Positions 47,996 to 58,285 of a stretch of 64,000 bases of DNA are shown in pieces. Source of the stretch: Shimazuella soli (lineage in GTDB: Bacteria; Bacillota; Bacilli; Thermoactinomycetales; Thermoactinomycetaceae); assembly GCF_022511585.1 (NCBI RefSeq), contig NZ_JAKWBN010000001.1, forward strand, positions 170,269 to 234,268, in the 5' to 3' direction. The notes below the pieces were generated by a model. It had not been told where the DNA came from. It searched no databases and was given only the letters and a program-made list of their open reading frames with translations. A program made the position numbers and the translations under genes. How positions within the stretch are numbered: position 1 is the stretch's first letter; every line of letters starts with the position of its first letter.

Positions 47996-49249
47996 TTGAA
48001 TTCAAAGCAAGAAGCTGTAAAGGCACCCAGTTTGATCGGCAATCGATTCGTTCAGACAATACTATTATCAAATATACTTTTGCAGATTGGAATATGGGTG
48101 AGGAATTTCGCTATATTGCTGTATGTTGCGGATAAGACCCACAATGATCCATATGCTGTATCGTTAATTAGTGTGGCTGAGTTTTCGCCGATTTTCGTAT
48201 TTTCCTTTATTGGCGGCACATTTGCAGACCGTTGGATGCCAAGAAAGACCATGATCTGGTGCGATTTGCTTTCCGCTGTCTCTGTATTTCTGGTTTTGTC
48301 TGCCATACACTTTGGTACATGGCAGTTGGTATACTTTGTTACATTTATCTCGGCCATTTTGTCCCAATTTTCACAACCATCAGGAATGCGTCTCATAAAG
48401 GAACATGTTCCTGAGCATCAGTTACAGCAAATGATGGCGTTATTTCAGTCGCTAATGGCTACTTTTTCGATTCTTGGTCCCATGTTGGGAACGTTTTGTT
48501 ACAGCAACTTCGGATTGGAAATATCCATTATGGTAATGGGAATTGTATTTTTGTTTTCGGCTCTTGTCCTTATACGACTGCCGAAAGATAAGATCAAAGC
48601 CGCTTCAAAAATGGAAAAGAATCAGTTCCGAAGAGAATTTATGGAAGGTTTTCGTTATGTCTGGAAGAGCCCTTTGCTTAGAACCCTTGGAGTTACGTTT
48701 GCTTTGGCGGGTTTGGCTGTCGGCATGATTCAAGCGCTCAATTTGTTCATTGTCACAGAGAGATTAGGCCAGTCGAAAGATTTTTTGCAGTATATGTTGA
48801 TGGTAAGCGGGGGAGCCATGCTGATAGGAGGCGGGGTCATTGCAGTTATCGCAAAGCGTATTCAGCCGCAATATTTGCTGGCATTTGGAATGGCGACTAG
48901 TGCACTTTGTACGGTTATCATTGGATATTCAACAAGTGTGCCATTAACACTGACGATACAATTTATAAATGGGTTGATAATGCCATGTATTCATATTGGA
49001 ATTAGTACCATGATCTTAAAATGGTCTCATGCCTCCATTGTTGGTCGAGTGAACGGATTGCTCAATCCGATGTTTATAGGGATGATGGTGTTATCCATGT
49101 CATTTGCAGGCGCTTTGAAAAGCACTTACTCACTCGTATCCATTTATACAGGTGCTGGTATGCTTCTTTTGATCGGTGCATTGGTGATGATTCCGATTAT
49201 GAAATACAAATCTTCTGATTCATTAGAAACAAATTCAAGTAGTGTCTGA
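47996..49249 (+). CDS. MFS transporter
   Basis: 12-TM profile and an MFS signature-like DRWMPRK. Confidence 0.8.
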   Translation: MNSKQEAVKAPSLIGNRFVQTILLSNILLQIGIWVRNFAILLYVADKTHNDPYAVSLISVAEFSPIFVFSFIGGTFADRWMPRKTMIWCDLLSAVSVFLVLSAIHFGTWQLVYFVTFISAILSQFSQPSGMRLIKEHVPEHQLQQMMALFQSLMATFSILGPMLGTFCYSNFGLEISIMVMGIVFLFSALVLIRLPKDKIKAASKMEKNQFRREFMEGFRYVWKSPLLRTLGVTFALAGLAVGMIQALNLFIVTERLGQSKDFLQYMLMVSGGAMLIGGGVIAVIAKRIQPQYLLAFGMATSALCTVIIGYSTSVPLTLTIQFINGLIMPCIHIGISTMILKWSHASIVGRVNGLLNPMFIGMMVLSMSFAGALKSTYSLVSIYTGAGMLLLIGALVMIPIMKYKSSDSLETNSSSV

Positions 49250-49302
49250 AGAGTAAAAAGCGGCGATCCTCTCCTGTAATTCGGACAACGATCGCCAAAT
49301 TC

Positions 49303-49533
49303 TTAATTTTTATACTCTTTCCAAGCTCGAATCGTGAGTGGCAAAGAGACAATAGGGAATAGAAAAGTCCATCCAACAATTAATATTGCGGTGACAAGAT
49401 GTGCGTTTAATAAAAACAAGAGGCCATAGCCAGCTGCGAAAAGGAGAGTTATTGCTAAAAAGTGAATTACTATTTTTAATTTGGGATTCTGCGGTCCGTG
49501 TTTATTAATGGTATTGATCAATTTTTGGTTCAT
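49303..49533 (-). CDS. small membrane protein (76 aa)
   Basis: Two hydrophobic helices. Confidence 0.3.
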   Translation of the reverse strand: MNQKLINTINKHGPQNPKLKIVIHFLAITLLFAAGYGLLFLLNAHLVTAILIVGWTFLFPIVSLPLTIRAWKEYKN

Positions 49534-49577
49534 TTTTTGCTCACATCATTTCTATATAGGTGATATAAGATGGTAGT

Positions 49578-49943
49578 TTATACCATTTCTATTTCTCTAA
49601 TAGCCTTTATTGGATTATCCTTATTTGAACCATCAGCAAAGTATAGAAGGGCAGGTCCGCCTTCTTTTATCGGTTTTCCATCAATGGCAAAACAGAGGTA
49701 ACTCGATAGTAGAGTTGCCAACGGAACATGAATCTTTTCCCCGTCATGGAGGTGACAGACAGCATGCGTAGTATCCTCAGCGGGTTCTGTATAGTGGATG
49801 AAAGGTTCTATTTCGATAGCTAAACCATTGGTTTCCGAGATGCGGTCAGCGAGTTCAAAACGACGATCATCAAAGATCCATATGGTGGGATCGAGTGTGA
49901 TTTTAAATTTTACATTTCCAGTCACTTGAATGATGTCATGCAT
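49578..49943 (-). CDS. hypothetical protein (121 aa)
   Basis: ORF only. Confidence 0.4.
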   Translation of the reverse strand: MHDIIQVTGNVKFKITLDPTIWIFDDRRFELADRISETNGLAIEIEPFIHYTEPAEDTTHAVCHLHDGEKIHVPLATLLSSYLCFAIDGKPIKEGGPALLYFADGSNKDNPIKAIREIEMV

Positions 49944-50090
49944 TAGCTTTTATCCTCTTCTCTATAGTCTTTTGCAAAAATGATCTTGTTCGTGATAAAC
50001 TAATTGTAGCATAGGTGCATTAGGATATTTATAATTAACATAGAAATTCAAGAAGAACCGTGTACCTACGGTAGATAGGGGGTTTCATTC

Positions 50091-50372
50091 TTGACCGCTC
50101 CAATAGAGATTGACAGCAGGCAGAAGGCATTGATCCTTTTACGAGAAGATGCAAAAAAGATAGAGCAGTTGATCGCAGTCCAACTCGCCAACTTAACTCT
50201 ACCTAAATGTCCTTTATACGAAGAAGTTCTAGATACGCAAATGTTTGGATTGTCTCGGGAGATCGATTTTGCGGTTCGAGTTGGTCTGATCCATCGAGAA
50301 GATGGGCAGCAAATATTACATGAACTAGAACAAAAATTAGCAGATTTATATACGATTCTTTTAGAAGGTTAG
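50091..50372 (+). CDS. ylaN: UPF0358 protein YlaN
   Basis: [39 protein letters not shown] is near-identical to B. subtilis YlaN. Confidence 0.75.
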   Translation: MTAPIEIDSRQKALILLREDAKKIEQLIAVQLANLTLPKCPLYEEVLDTQMFGLSREIDFAVRVGLIHREDGQQILHELEQKLADLYTILLEG

Positions 50373-50642
50373 CATATCCCCGCCATTTGTAGGGGATATT
50401 TTTGTATCCGTTTCTTCCATGGCTTGTTCCAGTTTTCTTTCTGCTAAGATCAGTTCCCGAGTCAGTAGTCGGATTTTGCTGCTGATTTGCAGTTGTTCTC
50501 TTCGATCTTGTCTTGCTTTGGACTCATCTCCTCTCCTCGTGGCAAGTTGGAAATCATCTTGCTTTTCATTCATGATTTTTTCTAATCGGGAAATCTCGAT
50601 TTTTATATTTTCCACTTCTCTTTCAAAACGCCAAACGGACAT
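50361..50642 (-). CDS. coiled-coil hypothetical protein (93 aa)
   Basis: ORF convergent with ylaN, with a 12-nt overlap. Confidence 0.35.
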   Translation of the reverse strand: MSVWRFEREVENIKIEISRLEKIMNEKQDDFQLATRRGDESKARQDRREQLQISSKIRLLTRELILAERKLEQAMEETDTKISPTNGGDMLTF

Positions 50643-50724
50643 TTTCCATTCCTCCCATCTCCTCTTACTTCGTCTTTTTCTGTTATTTTCCTATGAGAGC
50701 AAAAAAAGCCCACCTAGTGGTGGA

Positions 50725-51783
50725 CTAAACAACAAAGAATACCGTGCCTAAAATAACATAGACGATTAGGAGCAAGGTTCCTTCATACCAGTTCGTGGAA
50801 CCATCTCTGGATATAGAGGATGCGATAATGGCAGATACACCAATGGCAGTTAATTCATATGCCGTAAAAATTAAGTTCATTTGTTTATGGAACAAAAGAC
50901 TGACAAATACAAGAACTGGAGATACAAACAAGGCAATCTGCAAACTGCTGCCAATCGCGATCTCTACAGCCGCACCAATACGATTTTTCATCGCTAAGAA
51001 GACAGCAGCACTATGTTCTGCTGCATTACCGATAATGGCAATTAAGAAAGCACCGACAAATAATTCTGACCAACCTAATGCTTTTGCTACATGCTCAACC
51101 GTATGTACTAACCATTCACTCTGTATGGCGACAAACACAGTGGAAACGACGAGAAGTAAGATAGACATTCCCATGGAATAATCAGGTTCTTCATGTTCAT
51201 CGTTTGGCGCTCCATCAATGTTGTCGCCAAGTTCCTTTTTATGTGTAACAAGGGAGAAGTAGAGCCATAATAAATAACCGATAATAAGTACAAAAGCGAT
51301 AATAAGGCTCACATTATTGATCTTTACAGCAGGCATATTTTTTAGAAACACAGCAGGAACTACTAAAGCGATAACTGCTAGCATCATCAAGGAGGCATTG
51401 TGGCCGGCTAAAAGTGGGTTGAAATTTTGAATTTTAAATTTTAATCCGCCGACAAAAACGCTCAACCCCAACACCAGTAGTAAGTTTCCGATAATAGAAC
51501 CGGTGATACTGGCTTTCACCATGTCGAACAGTCCTTCTTTTACAAGAAAGATGGCGATGATTAATTCTGCTGCATTTCCAAAGGTGGCGTTCAATAATCC
51601 GCCTAACCTCTCACCAGCATAATGTGCTACATTTTCAGTAGCCTTTCCTAGCAAGCCTGCCCAAAATAATAAAGATAGGCAAGCGAGGGCGAACTGGAGG
51701 GATTGATTGCCGCCGAGAAATTTTGCTGCTGCGCTAGCAATAGTAGAAAGAATGAGTACAGGATAAAACCATTTTTGATTCAT
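50725..51783 (-). CDS. Ca2+/H+ antiporter (CaCA family, ChaA/YfkE-like)
   Basis: Two alpha-repeat regions (GNAAELIIAI ... GNAAEH). Confidence 0.8.
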   Translation of the reverse strand: MNQKWFYPVLILSTIASAAAKFLGGNQSLQFALACLSLLFWAGLLGKATENVAHYAGERLGGLLNATFGNAAELIIAIFLVKEGLFDMVKASITGSIIGNLLLVLGLSVFVGGLKFKIQNFNPLLAGHNASLMMLAVIALVVPAVFLKNMPAVKINNVSLIIAFVLIIGYLLWLYFSLVTHKKELGDNIDGAPNDEHEEPDYSMGMSILLLVVSTVFVAIQSEWLVHTVEHVAKALGWSELFVGAFLIAIIGNAAEHSAAVFLAMKNRIGAAVEIAIGSSLQIALFVSPVLVFVSLLFHKQMNLIFTAYELTAIGVSAIIASSISRDGSTNWYEGTLLLIVYVILGTVFFVV

Positions 51784-51958
51784 AGCATTAACTCCTTTGT
51801 GTTAGCATCTGCTAATTGGTAATGGACATACAAAAAACACGAAATTTGTCAATATGTTTCCTTCAAAAGTCGAATGATTATCACCGGAAAAAAGCAGGAA
51901 AACAATAAATTTCAGAGAATATTCCCAACATGCTTAAATATGGAAGGAGGGGCTGCAA

Positions 51959-52774
51959 GTGGATTATCGGAAGGATACAGCTATTTTCATCGATTTAGAA
52001 AATGTTTATTACGGGCTAAAGAAGTACCATATGGACCCCGACCATCCCGATGACTCCCATAATTTGTTTGTGCGATTAACTGAGTATTATGGCAAAGATT
52101 CGATTCGTATGATGGAAGCATATGCCGATTTTGAACAAGTCGACTTGTCCATGATGAGTTTACAAAAAAAACGAGTCCATGTAAATCAAGTATACAGCAA
52201 TGGGCGAGAAGGTAAAGAGCGTAAAAATGCTGCTGATATTCAACTCTGTTTAGATACCATGGAGGTCTTGTATCAGATACCAGAAATTCATACGTATGTT
52301 ATTGTAAGTGCAGATCAAGATATGATTCCTCTTTTAGATCGCTTATGGTCAAAAGGAAAAAGGGTAGAGTTATTCTGCCTATGGGATGAAAGTTTATCCA
52401 AGTCAGCTCAACTGCATGAGTTTTGCGATCAAGCACATAATTTGCTTGAATTTCTAAATGTCGAAAAATTAAGTACTCTCTCTCAGGTAGATCGTTTAAT
52501 TCACAATACAGTTGTTCAAATTTATGAATGGTACCGTGATCCAAACAACATAGGAAAAAGTTATGGGAGTACATGGATTAAAAACGATATATCACGCAAA
52601 TTCCACCTAGATGAGTTAGAGTCCAATCATTTGTTTAATCGATTGGTCAAGGGTAAATACTTACTTCCTTATGAGATAGAGATACAAGATAAAATATTTT
52701 ATGGCTATAAAGTTAATTTAACTCATCCACAAGTACAGATGATGGTAAAAATAGCTGGCTACAAAGTGAGCTAA
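51959..52774 (+). CDS. NYN-domain (LabA-like) protein
   Basis: AIFIDLENV...VSADQDMIPLLDRL. Confidence 0.6.
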   Translation: MDYRKDTAIFIDLENVYYGLKKYHMDPDHPDDSHNLFVRLTEYYGKDSIRMMEAYADFEQVDLSMMSLQKKRVHVNQVYSNGREGKERKNAADIQLCLDTMEVLYQIPEIHTYVIVSADQDMIPLLDRLWSKGKRVELFCLWDESLSKSAQLHEFCDQAHNLLEFLNVEKLSTLSQVDRLIHNTVVQIYEWYRDPNNIGKSYGSTWIKNDISRKFHLDELESNHLFNRLVKGKYLLPYEIEIQDKIFYGYKVNLTHPQVQMMVKIAGYKVS

Positions 52775-52916
52775 ACCGTTTGAAATAGTACCGTAAATTG
52801 TATAAAATGTAACTGTAACAATTACTTGCGAATTTTCCGACATAGATTTCCTCGTCCATCATGACAAAGAGGAAGGGGGAGAACATGCTACTTTTAAGCA
52901 AGTAGTAGCAAACGAT

Positions 52917-53315
52917 ATGGCAGAACAGAATTTGATTCAAATATCTAATGATGTAGTAGCCGTTATTGCAGGTTTAACCGCAAGTAGAGCAAATGGTATC
53001 GCTAGTATGTCTGGAGGTATCACAGAAGGCTGGGCCAAACGTGTTGGCGGGAAGAACATGAGAAAAGGCGTCTCAGTTGAAGCAGGTGAAGTGGAGACAG
53101 CCGTCAGTCTTCGGGTTATTGTGGAATTTGGTGTCCCTATTCATGATGTATGTCGCAAATTACAAAAAGAAGTGAAGCATGCGATTGAGAATATGACAGG
53201 ACTTTCTGTAGTCGAAGTAAACGTAAAAGTTGAAGGCGTTGAAATAAAAGAAAAAAACAGCCAAAAAAGTGACAACCATTTTGATGAAGAAAGTTTAGAA
53301 AATGGTATAGGTTAG
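52917..53315 (+). CDS. Asp23/Gls24-family alkaline shock protein
   Basis: IQISNDVVAVIAGLTA...VKVEGVEIKE. Confidence 0.75.
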   Translation: MAEQNLIQISNDVVAVIAGLTASRANGIASMSGGITEGWAKRVGGKNMRKGVSVEAGEVETAVSLRVIVEFGVPIHDVCRKLQKEVKHAIENMTGLSVVEVNVKVEGVEIKEKNSQKSDNHFDEESLENGIG

Positions 53316-53424
53316 ATGTTGAAAATGGGAAAGAAAGCTGCCAACTGGGTAGTTTTCTTTTTCCCTTTTGTCCCTACATAGAACCGAAAAGAGGTGAAGG
53401 ATACCCTTCCACCTCTTCTCTTTT

Positions 53425-53520
53425 CCGCAGATAAGATAGTATAAATTTTATCTTATCTGCATAAGTGCAACTAAGCTTCTGTCTGCGCCTATAGGCTTGC
53501 CAATCAGCAAGTTTTCTTTA
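53425..53520. repeat. dispersed intergenic repeat element, short copy
   Basis: See 6760-6975. It sits directly after the Asp23 terminator hairpin (53385-53415). Confidence 0.6.
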
Positions 53521-53521
53521 T

Positions 53522-53866
53522 TTATGCTGATAAATTTTTTTCCAATTCGTTAATTTTTTCGTGAACTTCTGCTTGGAGTTTTTCTGGTACAAGGACATCA
53601 TTATCTAATCCATGTGGAAAGAAATGACGGGCAAAAACAGGGGTATCTGTTTCCACGACAGCTTTTGGATTTTCCAATTGCTTGTCATTTACGACACGAC
53701 ATGGGAGCCGCAGGTAATAATCGACTCCATCCACCGTATATTTGTAATCATATGTAACTTTTCTGTAATCCCAAGCCCACCGAGTGAAGCCAAGCGCCTT
53801 CATCAGTTGCTCTATTTCTTTAAATTCTTTTTTAAATCCTTTTGTTTTTGCTTCAGGAAAAAGCAT
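53522..53866 (-). CDS. YugN-like family protein
   Basis: 114 aa, with YugN-like composition. Confidence 0.55.
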   Translation of the reverse strand: MLFPEAKTKGFKKEFKEIEQLMKALGFTRWAWDYRKVTYDYKYTVDGVDYYLRLPCRVVNDKQLENPKAVVETDTPVFARHFFPHGLDNDVLVPEKLQAEVHEKINELEKNLSA

Positions 53867-54189
53867 ATATTAGTACCCCCTAAAGTGTATGTTGAACTCT
53901 ACTTAAATCATGATAGTATGTTACCCCATCTGAAAGCAAGGTAACAAGTGGAGGAAATACAAAGGAGGTGAAAACAATTACCATTGAATGTGCAAGGACA
54001 ACAAATCGAAAAAAATTCAAAGAAAGGCAGGTGTACACTGCTACAACTAGATATATGTCTGAAAGTTATGCTGAAAATAGGTGAGATGGAGGTATGATTT
54101 CTTAACACTCGTGCAGGATATTTTTCTTTTTCCCTTTTTTATCTTCTGACGAGTGATTAGGAAACATCGAACAATTTTCACATGGACAT

Positions 54190-55428
54190 GTGTCTATGTG
54201 TAAACGTAGCAGTAAATATATGAAACAGAGGATCGAGGAATTGTTTCCACAAGTAGTAGCATGGAGAAGAACATTTCATCAATATCCAGAGGTTTCATTT
54301 CAAGAAAGAGAAACTTCCAAGCGTGTGGCAGCACACTTGGAAAGCTTAGGATTAGAAGTGCTGACTGGTGTTGGAGGAGGCGGTGTCACAGGTCTGCTTC
54401 GAGGCCGTCATCCCGGTCCAACGATAGCCCTGCGTGCTGATATGGATGCCTTGCCCATTCAAGACGAGAAAGATTGTGCTTATCGTTCTCGTGTACCAGG
54501 AGTGATGCATGCATGTGGACATGATGGACATATGGCAATGTTAATGGGCGCAGCATCTATTCTTACGACAATGAAAGAGCAATTATACGGAAATATCTTA
54601 TTTATTTTTCAACATGCCGAAGAAATGCTGCCAGGCGGTGCTAAATCCATGATTGAGGCGGGTGTATTAGAGGGAGTAGATGCCATTTATGCGGTACATC
54701 TCTGGTCCCCGCTTCCCACTGGATATATGAGTTTTCGTGCAGGTCCTATGCTTGCATCGAGCGATGTATTCACTGTCAACATCATTGGTAAAGGTGGTCA
54801 TGGAGGGCTGCCCCACACGACAACCGACGCGATCGCTGTTGCCTCCCATGCCATTGTCAACATCCAATCCATCATCAGCCGGCAAATCGATCCTGTTCGT
54901 TCAGCTGTTATCTCCATAGGCAGTATCCATGGTGGCGATGCATCCAATGTTATTTCCGATTCTTGTGAATGGAAAGGAACAGTACGCGCTTTTGCCCCAG
55001 ATATTCGTGAATTTTTGCTTCGACGGATCAAAGAAGTGGTGCATGATACTTGCCATATGTATGGAGCTGCTTACGAAATTGAAATTCGCAAAGGATATCC
55101 TCCGCTTGTCACCAATCATATGGAAACGGCACGTTTGCGCAAAGTTGCGGAAGAGATCGTAGGAAAAGACAAAGTCGAAGAGATGGATCCGTTGATGGGT
55201 GGAGAAGATTTTGCTTATTATTTAAATGAAATCCCTGGAACTTTTTGCTTTATTGGTGCGGGCAACGAATTAAGAGGAATTACAGCACCCCATCATCATC
55301 CGAGATTTGATGTGGATGAAGAAGCGATGAAAACGGGGATGGAGTTACTAGTCAAAGGGGCGATTCAGTACTTACAGGAAGCCTCTCTTGAAACCAATAG
55401 ACCTACTTTACTTGCCTCCTATATGTAA
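54190..55428 (+). CDS. M20D-family amidohydrolase (N-acyl-L-amino acid amidohydrolase / hippuricase-like)
   Basis: MHACGHDGH metal-binding motif. The start is ambiguous between 54190 and 54220. Confidence 0.8.
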   Translation: MSMCKRSSKYMKQRIEELFPQVVAWRRTFHQYPEVSFQERETSKRVAAHLESLGLEVLTGVGGGGVTGLLRGRHPGPTIALRADMDALPIQDEKDCAYRSRVPGVMHACGHDGHMAMLMGAASILTTMKEQLYGNILFIFQHAEEMLPGGAKSMIEAGVLEGVDAIYAVHLWSPLPTGYMSFRAGPMLASSDVFTVNIIGKGGHGGLPHTTTDAIAVASHAIVNIQSIISRQIDPVRSAVISIGSIHGGDASNVISDSCEWKGTVRAFAPDIREFLLRRIKEVVHDTCHMYGAAYEIEIRKGYPPLVTNHMETARLRKVAEEIVGKDKVEEMDPLMGGEDFAYYLNEIPGTFCFIGAGNELRGITAPHHHPRFDVDEEAMKTGMELLVKGAIQYLQEASLETNRPTLLASYM

Positions 55429-55484
55429 AATGAATGCCCCTTATGGAATGAGGTTATGCTAACCATAAAAGGGGGTATGGATAG

Positions 55485-55925
55485 ATGCATAAGCTAAGAG
55501 ATATTATGTCAACAGATATCGCTCATCTTTCTCCAGATGACAATCTGTTCGAAGCGGCAACCATGATGAGAGATGAAAATGTCGGGATGATTCCTGTTTG
55601 TGAAAATGGGCAATTAAAAGGGATCATCACAGACCGCGATATCGTCACTCGCGGAATTGCAGAAAAAAAACCGAACTCCTCTACATTACATGATATCATG
55701 TCATCTCAATTGGTATATGGTACACCGGAAATGTCAGTTGATGAAGCCGCACAGAAGATGGCAGAAGCACAAATTAGACGTCTGCCTATTGTCGATCAAA
55801 ATCAGTTGATTGGTGTTGTATCTTTAGGAGATTTGGCGGTTCGCTCACCTTATCAAAACGAGGCAAGTGATGCTTTAAGCGAAATATCTGAAACACATAA
55901 TCCTCATACTTCAAATGATTTATAA
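55485..55925 (+). CDS. CBS-pair domain protein
   Basis: Two CBS motifs. Terminator at 55934-55968. Confidence 0.7.
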   Translation: MHKLRDIMSTDIAHLSPDDNLFEAATMMRDENVGMIPVCENGQLKGIITDRDIVTRGIAEKKPNSSTLHDIMSSQLVYGTPEMSVDEAAQKMAEAQIRRLPIVDQNQLIGVVSLGDLAVRSPYQNEASDALSEISETHNPHTSNDL

Positions 55926-56249
55926 AAATTAAAAAAACTGTTAGCATTTTAGTGCTTACAGTTTTTTTGACATCTTAATAAATTACAAATAAATTTATAT
56001 TTTCAACAAGCATTTCAATCGCTTTCATGATATACTAATCATGTCGAACCCGGGTGAAGGGGCGGCGTATCTGTAAAGCTGCACAACTGAGTGCGTACTG
56101 TACCAGAAGGTATAATCTGTGGAGGAATAACAAGCTTCTCATACAATGCTGTTGTCGCTGATTTGTTAAGGACGTTAGTCCTTGATATTTCTGCGAACGC
56201 AGCTGAAGAGGAGCCCACAGGTTTACTGACTGGGAATGTACGCATGAGG

Positions 56250-56640
56250 AAGTGTAGTGTGTAGGATACGTCGTCCTGTGTACCGCTAGTAGGCGTGGAT
56301 ATATAAAACTTCTGGTGGCTCAGAGAGCCAACCCAGTGGCGCGGATGCGCCACAACTCGGTGGCGGGAGAGCCGCCATAAACTCGGTGGCGGGAGAGTCG
56401 CCACAAACTCAGTGGCGCTGAGCGCCACTAAGGGGGCGGGAGCCCCAAAATCCCGCCTGGGGCTTAGGCCCCAGCCTACCCGCTTCGGCGGGTAGGAAGG
56501 GCGGGATGCCAGCACCAAAATAACGGTCGTGGCCCTCCAGGCCACGACCGGAGCGGACCGTCTATTCTCATAGCTGTATTTTAGCTATGAGAATAGACAC
56601 CACTCACCGCCCTCGATCCGTCGGGGGCACCCACTTTTTA
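56250..56640. repeat. GC-rich array of short palindromic hairpins, including four tandem ~25-bp units (consensus aacTCRGTGGCGsgaGaGyCGCCAcaa)
   Basis: Stems gtggcgc/gcgccac, tggcgg/ccgcca x2 and agtggcgc/gcgccact. Further on there are tggggc/gcccca, acccgc-ttcg-gcgggt, a 10-bp ggtcgtggcc/ggccacgacc and a 12-bp attctcatagct/agctatgagaat. Confidence 0.8.
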
Positions 56641-56772
56641 TAGGGCAAATTTCCAATCACTATTGCAGTGATTTTTTTATTTTCAGGAATGAAGTTTAAT
56701 GAAACCATTGAATTTCGTATAAATAACCTCCAAACGCAAAAAATAACGTTGTGATTATAGGAGGTTATTTCA

Positions 56773-57249
56773 TTGACAACACAACATGCTAAGCAAGTCC
56801 AACAGGAACAAGCTTATGATCAATTGGCGCAAAAACATCGTCCAAAACCAAAGGTTTTAGCAAACTGTTTAAAAGCATTTTTCGTAGGTGGTTTTATTTG
56901 TATCATCGGTGAAGCTTTAAACATGCTCTATGGTAAAGGATTTGGATATCCAAAAGATGTGGCAAGCAGTATGACAGTTGCTACTATCGTCATTATTACA
57001 TGTCTCTTGACCGGTTTTGGGGTATACGACAACATTGGGCAGTGGGCTGGAGCAGGTACAGCGGTGCCAGTTACTGGTTTTGCGAATTCGATCGCCTCTG
57101 CTGCTTTGGAGCATAAATCAGAAGGTTTTGTGCTCGGTGTAGGTGGAAATATGTTTAAATTAGCTGGTTCTGTTATCGTTTGGGGTGTATTCTCTGCCTT
57201 TGTTGTCAGTTTGATTCGGACATTGGTCATCATGTCGATAGGAGGCTAA
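56773..57249 (+). CDS. spoVAC: stage V sporulation protein AC
   Basis: 158 aa. The membrane-protein sequence closely matches the SpoVAC family. Confidence 0.85.
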   Translation: MTTQHAKQVQQEQAYDQLAQKHRPKPKVLANCLKAFFVGGFICIIGEALNMLYGKGFGYPKDVASSMTVATIVIITCLLTGFGVYDNIGQWAGAGTAVPVTGFANSIASAALEHKSEGFVLGVGGNMFKLAGSVIVWGVFSAFVVSLIRTLVIMSIGG

Positions 57250-57253
57250 AAAC

Positions 57254-58249
57254 ATGATCGGTAGAACTTGGGAATTTGGCCCGGACACAAGAGTTCTAGC
57301 TTCTGCTGCTGTCGGTGGACCAATGGAGTCAGAAGGAATCATTGGAAAACATTTAGATCATACTTTTGATGATTTATATGCGGGAGAAGACACATGGGAA
57401 AAAGCAGAACGAAAGATGCTTTCCACTGCGGTAGATACAGCTATTCAAAAATCCGGAAAGCAGCAGGCTGACATCGGAGTGTATTTAGCAGGGGATTTAT
57501 TAAACCAAAATATCACTGCCTCTTTTTCAGCACAAAAACTAGGAATTCCCTTTATGGGGATATACGGAGCTTGTTCTTCGTCCATGCTATCGATGACAAT
57601 CGGCGCTTCATTCGTGAATGCTGGATACACTCAGTATGCTATTGTAGGAGTATCCAGTCATAACTGTACAGCGGAGAAGCAATATCGTTATCCGACTGAA
57701 TACGGTGGACAGAAACCAGATACAGCCCAATGGACCGTTACTGGAGCTGGGGCAGCAGTGGTGGGAAAAGCCAATACTGGCCCTCGCGTACGTTATGCCA
57801 CTATCGGAAAAGTAATGGAGCGTGGAGTAAAAAATCCATTTGATATGGGCTCTGCTATGGCTCCTGCGGCAGTAGATACTATCATTTCCCATTTTCAAGA
57901 TACAGGTAGGAAACCAGCAGATTACGACCTCATTGTTACAGGTGATTTAGCCAGTGTTGGACATCCCATCGCAAGAGAACTTTTATTTCAAGCGGGCTAT
58001 GACATGGGAGAGCAATTTTCCGATTGTGGACTCATGATTTATAACCCTGATCAGGAAACGTTTGCTGGCGGGAGCGGCTGTGCGAGCAGTGCGGTAGTTA
58101 CGTATGGCAAACTGATGCAAGAGGTCGCCAAGGGAAAATTAAAACGAATTTTAGTTGTCGCTACAGGTGCACTGCTTAGCCCTGTTTCGTATCAACAAGG
58201 GGAAAACATCCCTTGTATCGCCCATGCTGTTTCATTTGAAAATGATTAA
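57254..58249 (+). CDS. spoVAD: stage V sporulation protein AD
   Basis: Thiolase-like fold SpoVAD signature (GDLLNQ...GACSSS). Terminator at 58250-58278. Confidence 0.85.
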   Translation: MIGRTWEFGPDTRVLASAAVGGPMESEGIIGKHLDHTFDDLYAGEDTWEKAERKMLSTAVDTAIQKSGKQQADIGVYLAGDLLNQNITASFSAQKLGIPFMGIYGACSSSMLSMTIGASFVNAGYTQYAIVGVSSHNCTAEKQYRYPTEYGGQKPDTAQWTVTGAGAAVVGKANTGPRVRYATIGKVMERGVKNPFDMGSAMAPAAVDTIISHFQDTGRKPADYDLIVTGDLASVGHPIARELLFQAGYDMGEQFSDCGLMIYNPDQETFAGGSGCASSAVVTYGKLMQEVAKGKLKRILVVATGALLSPVSYQQGENIPCIAHAVSFEND

Positions 58250-58285
58250 CCCAGTACGCAAAATGTACTGGGTTTACTTAGGGGT

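Noticed and set aside
54001-54114. 37-aa TTG-initiated ORF after a strong AAAGGAGGTGA at ~53960
   Set aside because: The RBS-to-start spacing is ~13 nt and there is no conservation signal. It is noted as possible, but it is too weak to call.
56320-56420. CRISPR array
   Set aside because: The ~25-bp units are contiguous palindromes with no unique spacers and no cas genes in the window.
56039-56545. 168-aa minus-strand ORF over the hairpin array
   Set aside because: No RBS. It is a GC-rich palindromic non-coding region, and the ORF is an artefact of stop-poor GC-rich sequence.
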